From Haloquadratum sp. (GTDB lineage Archaea; Halobacteriota; Halobacteria; Halobacteriales; Haloferacaceae), in contig JAVLBV010000006.1 of the NCBI GenBank assembly GCA_031580685.1, positions 2,221 to 42,220 on the forward strand: a stretch of DNA of 40,000 nt, in the 5' to 3' direction. Of this stretch, positions 9,377 to 15,452 are shown in pieces. The stretch's first letter is position 1. Each line of letters begins with the position of its first letter. Under the pieces are notes generated by a model, which made no database searches, was not told the DNA's origin, and worked only from the letters and a program-made list of their open reading frames with translations. A program made the translations under genes and the position numbers.

Positions 9377-9795
9377 TGCGGGAGGACTGTCAGGGGCCTG
9401 CGGAGCCCACCGCGGTGCGAGAGGGGTATGCGACGGTGATCCCGACGGCGAAGGTCGTCCTCGCCGAGGTGGCGAACGGACTGGGGTTCGACCGGCAGAC
9501 CTACACCGAGCGGATCGACGCCTCGATGGTCGAACGGGTGGCGAACGTGCTCTTCGCCGCAGAGCTCCCGGTCGCATGTGCAGAGGCGGAGCGGTTCGAG
9601 AGCTACCGGCAGCATGTCGATGCGGCGGTGATCTCCCTGGGTGCGGCCCCGGCGGAGATGGTCTGCTGGCACCACGCTCGGGTCGCACAGGTGATCATCG
9701 CCGCGGGCTACCACGATGCAGAGGAGGCGACCAGCGAGGTCGTCCGTCGGGCGGCGTTCAACCGCTGTTACCGACCCATCATCGAGGGGGACTGA
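9376..9795 (+). CDS. Hypothetical protein (139 aa), translationally coupled to flanking genes
   Basis: The ATG at 9376 shares one nt with the rimI stop (TGATG), and the stop lies 1 nt before the NUDIX ATG. It has coding-type GC3. I recognise no family. Confidence 0.55.
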   Translation: MREDCQGPAEPTAVREGYATVIPTAKVVLAEVANGLGFDRQTYTERIDASMVERVANVLFAAELPVACAEAERFESYRQHVDAAVISLGAAPAEMVCWHHARVAQVIIAAGYHDAEEATSEVVRRAAFNRCYRPIIEGD

Positions 9796-9796
9796 G

Positions 9797-10360
9797 ATGC
9801 CCGACGACGGGCGACGGTACGCGCCGGTGGACGCGCCATCGTGGCCCGTGACCGAGAGCGTGACCGAGTATGAGACCACGTGGTACACGGGCGGGTACGA
9901 CATGGTGGTCCATCCGGATGGGTCACAGAAGCGGTACTACTGGGCGGAGCTTGCGGCTGCGGTCGTGATCGTCGCGGTCACCGAGGACGCGGTCGTCTGC
10001 GTCGAGCAGTACCGCCCGACGATCCGGCAACGCCACCTGGAGCTCCCCGCGGGCATCGTCGAGGCCGACGAGTCGTATCCAGCGGCGGGTCGGCGCGAGC
10101 TCGAGGAGGAGACCGGCTACCTCGCGGGGACGGTCGAGGAGCTGCAGCGGGTGTGGTGCGCGACGGGGCTGCTCCGCCATGAGCGGGCGTACGTCATCGC
10201 CACCGACCTCGAGCCCACCCGACAGCGGCTGGATGCCAACGAGTATCTCGAGGTCCGGGAGGTGCCACGGTCGCAGGTGCTGGCGCACGTCAGGCGGCAG
10301 CCGACGAATGAGGCCACCATCGAGGGGATCCTCCTGGCGAAGGAGGACGGCTACCTGTGA
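9797..10360 (+). CDS. NUDIX hydrolase (ADP-ribose pyrophosphatase-like)
   Basis: It has the Nudix box GIVEADESYPAAGRRELEEETGY (Gx5Ex7REUxEExGU pattern). Start is at MPDDGRRY (ATG 9797). Confidence 0.85.
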   Translation: MPDDGRRYAPVDAPSWPVTESVTEYETTWYTGGYDMVVHPDGSQKRYYWAELAAAVVIVAVTEDAVVCVEQYRPTIRQRHLELPAGIVEADESYPAAGRRELEEETGYLAGTVEELQRVWCATGLLRHERAYVIATDLEPTRQRLDANEYLEVREVPRSQVLAHVRRQPTNEATIEGILLAKEDGYL

Positions 10361-10362
10361 CG

Positions 10363-10656
10363 CTACGCGACGGAGAAGCCCTTCTCGCGGAGGAAGTCCT
10401 CGACGCGCCCGGTGTGGTTGCCCTGTAGTTCGATGGAGCCGTCCTCGACGGTGCCCCCACAGGCGAACTTCGATTTGAGATCCGAGGAGAGATTGTCCAT
10501 ATCCACATCACGCGGGTCGAACCCCTCGATCACCGTCACCTCCTTTCCATAGCGGCGCTCGTCGATGCGGATGGTGATCTCCTGGGACTCTTTGGCGACG
10601 TCCTCGCAGACGCAAAGTTCCTCAGGGAGCCCGCACGTCGAGCAGACTTCCGACAT
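10363..10656 (-). CDS. Translation initiation factor aIF1 (SUI1 family)
   Basis: A 97-aa protein: an N-terminal zinc knuckle [14 protein letters not shown], then [20 protein letters not shown]...[11 protein letters not shown]. Start is at ATG 10656. Confidence 0.9.
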   Translation of the reverse strand: MSEVCSTCGLPEELCVCEDVAKESQEITIRIDERRYGKEVTVIEGFDPRDVDMDNLSSDLKSKFACGGTVEDGSIELQGNHTGRVEDFLREKGFSVA

Positions 10657-10671
10657 TACAACCGTCAGGTA

Positions 10672-10720
10672 CCCGATGTGCGTACTAAACAGTATCGGGA
10701 GCCTCGCGGCGGATATCGGG
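10672..10720 (-). promoter_or_regulatory. aIF1 promoter region: TATA-like TTTAG (plus 10685-10689) bracketed by CCCGAT/ATCGGG repeats
   Basis: CCCGAT lies at 10672-10677. Its inverted copies ATCGGG lie at 10694-10699 and 10715-10720, and the two TATCGGG copies are 21 nt apart. The TATA sits about 31 nt upstream of ATG 10656. Confidence 0.35.
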
Positions 10721-10803
10721 GATTCCGGGGGCCTGATGCTGCCATCGACCGGCGAGACGCTGCCGATGCCAATCTTCATGTCCACCCATCACCGGCTCAG
10801 CAC

Positions 10804-11004
10804 ATGGTCAGCCTCACCGAGTTCGTGATCATGCTGGGGATGAGCATCATCGAGCTGGTGGTCACCTTCGCCACGGAGGTCTTCCTGGGGGTCGACCCGA
10901 TCACCGCGGTGATCTTCCTCGTCGGTGGGGCGCTGACCACCGCCGCTGTCGGCTTCTTCGGGGTCCTCGTCATGGGTGCAGCGATCGATGCGGTGACCGG
11001 CTAG
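10804..11004 (+). CDS. Small hydrophobic membrane protein (66 aa, 2 predicted TM helices)
   Basis: MVSLTEFVIMLGMSIIELVVTFATEVFLGVDPITAVIFLVGGALTTAAVGFFGVLVMGAAIDAVTG. It has hydrophobic periodicity and GC3 bias. The upstream part of the track ORF looks non-coding. Confidence 0.5.
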   Translation: MVSLTEFVIMLGMSIIELVVTFATEVFLGVDPITAVIFLVGGALTTAAVGFFGVLVMGAAIDAVTG

Positions 11005-11007
11005 GGC

Positions 11008-11991
11008 TCACACCAGCTCCGCGAGGAGGTCGATCGCCGTCAGGGGTGTCGGTCCGAGGGGGGCACCCAGGACCACACCATCCGTGTGCTCGCGCACCGC
11101 CTCGAGCCTCGCCGCCACGCTCGCAGGCTCGCCGGCGATCGCGAACGCATCCAGCATCCGCGGGGTCACCCGCTCGAAGGCCGCCGCGTGCTCGCCCGAC
11201 GCGAGCGCCGCTTGGATCTCGGAGGCGACGTCCTCGTCGATACCGTGGCGCTCGAGCACCGGGGGCGCCGCCCCAGCTGCGATGAACGCCACCGGCGGGC
11301 GTGCGGCCGCGCGTGCAGCATCCGCATCACCGTCGATGCTCACACTCGCATACGCGTGGAGCCTGCTGTCTCCGGCGTCCGGATCCCGGTCCTGCCGGCC
11401 GATGTCGAACTGCTCACGCGCCCAGCGGAGGTCCGCCGGATGTGACCCGTTGAACAGCAGGCCATCCGCCCGCTTGCCCGCCATCCGGCACATGTGGGGC
11501 CCCTCACCACCGACGTACACCGGGATCGGCCCCTCGACGGCGTAGTTCAGGCGCACATCGGTCGCCTGGAAGCGCCCCGCATGGTCGACGGTCGCGCCGT
11601 CCCACAGCCGGCGCGCCACCTCGAACGCCTCGAGCACCGACCGCAGGTCGCGGTCGTCGGCGAGGCCCAGTCGCCCCAACACGGTGGGGTCGCCCGGGCC
11701 GATGCCGAGATGGACCCGCCCTGGTGCCACCTCGCTGAGCGTGGCGAGCTGGCTCGCCAACGTGACCGGATGCCGCTCATATGGGTTGACCACACCGGGG
11801 CCGAGACGGATGTGCTCGGTGGCCTCGAGCAGCAGCGCCGCGACGGTGACCGGGTCCCGGTTGTCGTGGTGTGAGGAGACGAACGCCGCGTCGATCCCCC
11901 CCGCCTCGGCGGCCTGCGCCCGCTCGATGAGCTGTGCGATCGGCGCATCTGGGACCAGCTCCATCCCCCATGTGAACGTCTGGTTAGCCAT
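11008..11991 (-). CDS. mer: LLM-class F420-dependent oxidoreductase, Mer-like (5,10-methylenetetrahydromethanopterin reductase homolog)
   Basis: A TIM-barrel luciferase-like sequence (FTWGMELVP, FVSSHHDNRDP, LGIGPGDP, VYVGGEGPHMCRMAGKRADGLLFNGSHP). The start at MANQTF (ATG 11991) overlaps the cofE stop by 8 nt. Confidence 0.85.
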   Translation of the reverse strand: MANQTFTWGMELVPDAPIAQLIERAQAAEAGGIDAAFVSSHHDNRDPVTVAALLLEATEHIRLGPGVVNPYERHPVTLASQLATLSEVAPGRVHLGIGPGDPTVLGRLGLADDRDLRSVLEAFEVARRLWDGATVDHAGRFQATDVRLNYAVEGPIPVYVGGEGPHMCRMAGKRADGLLFNGSHPADLRWAREQFDIGRQDRDPDAGDSRLHAYASVSIDGDADAARAAARPPVAFIAAGAAPPVLERHGIDEDVASEIQAALASGEHAAAFERVTPRMLDAFAIAGEPASVAARLEAVREHTDGVVLGAPLGPTPLTAIDLLAELV

Positions 11992-12739
11992 CGTACGTCC
12001 ATCCCTCCAGGGCCTGCCTGATAAGGTCTGTCTCAGGCGCACGGAAGTGCGCATCTGAGGCGCCGTGATCGCCCCATTCGAACCCGGTGATGACCGCCAC
12101 CGGGGTGCCGCCTGCGCCCTCGCCCATCACGAGGTTCGCCGCCGCAGCGAGCTCATCGATCACGTTCTCCACGGTCGAGCTCAGGAGGCGGTCGGAGCGG
12201 TCCGACTCGCCGCGCCAGTCACGCGCAGGGTGCAGGCCGTGCCAGCCGATCGCCACACCGCGCTGCCCGTGCCGGAAGGGCCGTCCACAGGTGTCGGTGA
12301 TGATGACGCGGTCTGTCGGCAGCCCGGCTGCGATCTGCTGGGCGCTGGCGGAGGGGTCCTCCGGGAGCAACAGCAGGTCCGCACCATCGGTGTTGGAGCG
12401 GTCGATGCCCGCGTTCACGGTGATGTGACCGAAGTGGGTCTGCGTGAGCAGGAACGGTGCCTCCAGCAGCAGTGCCGCGCTCTCACGCAGGACCGCCTCC
12501 GCGAAGCGGGGGTCTTTGGGTGAGCCGGTGACCGCTTCGAGCCGCGCGGCGATGGCGTGCGCGCGCGATGATGGCTCGTACGCCTCAAGGGCCCGCGTGC
12601 GGCCCTCGGACTTCGAGACGACGGTCGATGCGATGCAGACGACCGCATCGCTGTCGAGCGTCGCGTGGTCGGTGACGACCGCGGCGAGGTCATCGCCGGC
12701 TGCGACCGTGGGCATCCCCGCCACCGCGTCCACCTGCAT
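11984..12739 (-). CDS. cofE: Coenzyme F420-0:L-glutamate ligase
   Basis: Seen in the translation: AGDDLAAVV, VVCIASTVVSKSEGR, NAGIDRSN, ITDTCGRPFRHGQRGVAIG and ELAAAANLVMGEGAGGTPV. Start is at MQVDAVAGMP (ATG 12739). Confidence 0.88.
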   Translation of the reverse strand: MQVDAVAGMPTVAAGDDLAAVVTDHATLDSDAVVCIASTVVSKSEGRTRALEAYEPSSRAHAIAARLEAVTGSPKDPRFAEAVLRESAALLLEAPFLLTQTHFGHITVNAGIDRSNTDGADLLLLPEDPSASAQQIAAGLPTDRVIITDTCGRPFRHGQRGVAIGWHGLHPARDWRGESDRSDRLLSSTVENVIDELAAAANLVMGEGAGGTPVAVITGFEWGDHGASDAHFRAPETDLIRQALEGWTYDG

Positions 12740-12761
12740 GCAGACGGTTGGACACGGCCGG

Positions 12762-12768
12762 GTAAAAC
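12762..12768 (-). promoter_or_regulatory. TATA-like element (GTTTTAC on minus strand) upstream of cofE
   Basis: It lies 23-29 nt upstream of ATG 12739, which fits a leaderless configuration. Confidence 0.35.
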
Positions 12769-12818
12769 GGGGCCCATCCATCGACACCGCTTCAAGCACG
12801 GCGGTCTGTGCACAGCGT

Positions 12819-12882
12819 GGTGGCGATGATGAGAGTTACCCCCACCGAGCCAAGGATGACGATCACCGATCCCTGAGCCACC
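12819..12882 (+). ncRNA. Candidate box C/D guide sRNA (about 64 nt)
   Basis: The terminal stem is GGTGGC (12819-12824) paired with GCCACC (12877-12882). The C box ATGATGA is at 12826-12832 and the D box CTGA at 12873-12876. Internal boxes are D'-like CCGA (12845-12848) and C'-like AGGATGA (12853-12859) or ATGACGA (12856-12862). The guide spacers are 12 nt and 13 (or 10) nt. The element lies in a 183-nt non-coding spacer. Confidence 0.5.
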
Positions 12883-12922
12883 CTATCGTCACGGCAAAGC
12901 CACTGCGGACGTGTTCTGGTGC

Positions 12923-13246
12923 ATGCCCGTCGGCACCATCTCCGCTTCCGAGCTGCAGGCGCGACTCGAGGGGCCAGAGCCCCCGCAGGTCATCGACATC
13001 CGTCACCCCGCCGCGTACGCGCGTGGACACATCCCGGGCGCGGAGAACGTCCCGTTCGTCGACCTGATCAGCGAGATCGACGCGGTCAGCTGGGCGGACC
13101 AGATCGTCGTCGTCTGTCCCCACGGGGAGTCGTCCATGCAGGCGGTGCAGCTGATCGATGCGTACGCGGGCGTCGACGGCGAGGCGGCCGTGCTGAATCT
13201 GACCGGGGGGTACGCCGAGTGGGCGGGACCGATGGTCACCGACTAG
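12923..13246 (+). CDS. Rhodanese-like domain protein (single domain sulfurtransferase)
   Basis: It shows VIDIRHPAAYARGHIPGAENVPF and the active-site loop VVVCPHGESS. Start is at MPVGTISA (ATG 12923); the track ORF begins at an upstream GTG. Confidence 0.8.
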   Translation: MPVGTISASELQARLEGPEPPQVIDIRHPAAYARGHIPGAENVPFVDLISEIDAVSWADQIVVVCPHGESSMQAVQLIDAYAGVDGEAAVLNLTGGYAEWAGPMVTD

Positions 13247-13866
13247 ACGAACTGCCGGAGTGGGTCGCGCCGGAGTGCGACGAACCGGTCATCCAGCGCC
13301 TCACGCAGTGCCACGAGGTCACCGTGGGCCGCGGCGATGGGTGCGAACTGATCACGCCACTGCTGCCAGGGGGGTGGCAGCCCGAAGCGGTCTGCGATCG
13401 CATCCAGCTGCGCATCACGGTCATCGAGCTTGTCGCACTTGTTGACCGCGAGGATGACGAACACCCCGAGCTCGTCGAGGAACTCGTACAGCTCGATGGT
13501 GTGCGGCAGCTCCCCCCGCTCGGCATGACGGTCGATGATCTCCACGGCGGCGTTCGCATCGAGCACCAGCACCGCCGCGAGGACCGCATCCGCGTGTGAC
13601 TCGAGATACCCCACGAGGTCGGTCAGGATCGCCTCCTGCTGCTCGCGGGCGACGCCCGAGAGGAAGCCGAAGCCGGGCAGGTCGGTGAACATGAAGTCGT
13701 GCTGGGGATGGGTGTAGTGCGCGGGGGTCCGCGTCACCCCCGGCTTGCGACCCGTCTGGAAGCGGTCGCTGCCGGTCAAGCCCCGCATGATCGTCGATTT
13801 GCCCACGTTCGACCGACCCACGAAGACGACCTCCTCGTGCGGGGGGCGCTCAGCGGCCTGCATCAT
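13243..13866 (-). CDS. engB: GTP-binding protein EngB (YihA family)
   Basis: G1 is GRSNVGKST, G3 is DLPGFG and G4 is NKCD. The start ATG overlaps the NOG1 stop (ATGA). Confidence 0.85.
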   Translation of the reverse strand: MMQAAERPPHEEVVFVGRSNVGKSTIMRGLTGSDRFQTGRKPGVTRTPAHYTHPQHDFMFTDLPGFGFLSGVAREQQEAILTDLVGYLESHADAVLAAVLVLDANAAVEIIDRHAERGELPHTIELYEFLDELGVFVILAVNKCDKLDDRDAQLDAIADRFGLPPPWQQWRDQFAPIAAAHGDLVALREALDDRFVALRRDPLRQFV

Positions 13867-14837
13867 CCCTGCCGCGACGGCGGCAGCTCCGGCGTCTCCG
13901 CCACCACCCCGAGCGCCGCCGTGATCACCGCATCCACCCCCACGTCGCTCTCGATGCTCATGTTGTACGTCGCCTCGGGCATGGGGGTGACGTCCGCCTT
14001 GTTGTTCACCATCAGCACGGGTGTCGCTGTCGGCTCGAAGGTCGCCGACAGCGACCGGTGCAGCTGGCGCTGGTCCGCCAGCGGGTAGCCACAGCGCTCG
14101 GAGGCATCATAGAGGAAGACGACCACATCGGCCAGATGTGTCAGTGCGCTCACCGCCTGGTCCTCGATCGCGTTGCGGTCGGCGGGGGGGCGGTCCAACA
14201 GCCCCGGGGTGTCGACCAGCTGCACCGGGTGTCGATCCAGCTCGAGGTGGCCCACATGGATCGTCGTCGTCGTGAACGGGTACGCGGCGGTCGGCGTGTC
14301 TGCCCGCGTCAGGGCGTTGACGAAGGAGGTCTTCCCCACGTTCGGGTACCCCGCGACCACCACCGTCGGGTGCTCAGGCCGGATGTCCGGCAGTCGCCGG
14401 AGCGTGTCGCGAGCCGCCCCGACCGCCCGGAGGTCGTCCCGCACCGACTCGACCACATCGGCGAAGCGCGCGAACGCCTGCTTGCGGTAGCGGCGGGCGG
14501 TGGCGACCTCGGTGCGGCGGAGTCGGGGCTGGTACTCACGTCGGAGCCGGCCGACCTGAGTCGCCGCCCACTGCGTGTGTGCGAGCTGCTGTCGGAGCGT
14601 GTCGACACCGACCAGCGCATCGGCCATCTCGTAGTAGAAGGGGTCGACCTCGTCGAAATCCGGCCACACCCGCCCCACCTGCTCGAGGTTGTCCGACAGG
14701 ATCGATGCCGCGGTCTGCAGCATCGACTGCTGGGCCAACAGCCCCTGCTTGGACCGCCCCGCACGTGCGGCGCGGCTGAACGCCTTCTCGATCAGCTCGG
14801 AGGCGCGAGGGGTCGTCGGGATGGACTCGAAGTACAT
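13863..14837 (-). CDS. NOG1-family GTPase (nucleolar GTP-binding protein 1 homolog)
   Basis: It has an N-terminal NOG1 helical region (MYFESIPTTPRASELIEKAF). G1 is GYPNVGKTS, followed by YPFTT, G3 DTPGLLDR and G4 NKAD. Start is at ATG 14837. Confidence 0.85.
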   Translation of the reverse strand: MYFESIPTTPRASELIEKAFSRAARAGRSKQGLLAQQSMLQTAASILSDNLEQVGRVWPDFDEVDPFYYEMADALVGVDTLRQQLAHTQWAATQVGRLRREYQPRLRRTEVATARRYRKQAFARFADVVESVRDDLRAVGAARDTLRRLPDIRPEHPTVVVAGYPNVGKTSFVNALTRADTPTAAYPFTTTTIHVGHLELDRHPVQLVDTPGLLDRPPADRNAIEDQAVSALTHLADVVVFLYDASERCGYPLADQRQLHRSLSATFEPTATPVLMVNNKADVTPMPEATYNMSIESDVGVDAVITAALGVVAETPELPPSRQG

Positions 14838-14903
14838 GGGGATCGCCGGTGTGCGTCGGCAGTATGACACACCCAGCGCCTCAGGCTTCTATACCTGTCG
14901 AGG

Positions 14904-15452
14904 TCAGCGTGTGCGGTCGAGGTACTCCTGCTGGATGGCGATCACCGCCGCCGCATCGGGCGCCGCGGCGTACCGGCGCAGCGGCTCCTCGTTGAGCTCC
15001 AAGAAGGTGTGCCCCCAGCGGAACGGGGCGAGCAGTGCTGCAGCACGCTCGGGGGCGCCGAGGATGTACACCGCAGCCGCGAGCGCCTCGGCGGTCGTCA
15101 GCGCGAACGGGCGACCGAAGTTGATCGGGTTGCCCGCGACCAGGTACGGAAGCGCCCGCCGGGTGAGGCCTGCGGGCACGCGCTGCGCATCCACCGAGGT
15201 CCACGAGCAGTCCACCGCGATCACCCGCGCGGGGGTGGGCAGATCAGGCGCGAGTGCGTACGCGCTGGTCGGGTCCAACACCACGCCCTCTCCGGGCGCA
15301 TCCGAGGGTGCGACGAGCTCGGCGTGGTCGAACTTCGCCAGCCGCCGTGCGGTGCACTTCTCGGGGTCATCATCGCCCACATACAGGATCGTCAGCGGGC
15401 GTTCGCCCGCCGCGGGCGGGGTCGTCCCGGGCGACGATGCGCGCTCAGTCAC
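14904..15452 (-). CDS. tsr3: 16S rRNA aminocarboxypropyltransferase Tsr3 (DUF367)
   Basis: The conserved core reads LYVGDDDPEKCTARRLAKF...VIAVDCSW...LPYLVAGNPINFGRPFALTTAEALAAAVYILG. There is no in-frame ATG upstream of the core outside serS. The nearest start is GTG 15452, which overlaps the serS stop by 8 nt. Confidence 0.78.
   Translation of the reverse strand: MTERASSPGTTPPAAGERPLTILYVGDDDPEKCTARRLAKFDHAELVAPSDAPGEGVVLDPTSAYALAPDLPTPARVIAVDCSWTSVDAQRVPAGLTRRALPYLVAGNPINFGRPFALTTAEALAAAVYILGAPERAAALLAPFRWGHTFLELNEEPLRRYAAAPDAAAVIAIQQEYLDRTR

Noticed and set aside
8882-9795. The GNAT gene plus the adjacent small ORF as a GNAT-type toxin-antitoxin pair
   Set aside because: The gene order is wrong, because the antitoxin normally precedes the GNAT toxin. 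The GNAT looks like the conserved RimI/Ard1-type enzyme, the partner has no RHH/HTH-like N-terminus, and the pair is embedded in a housekeeping operon.
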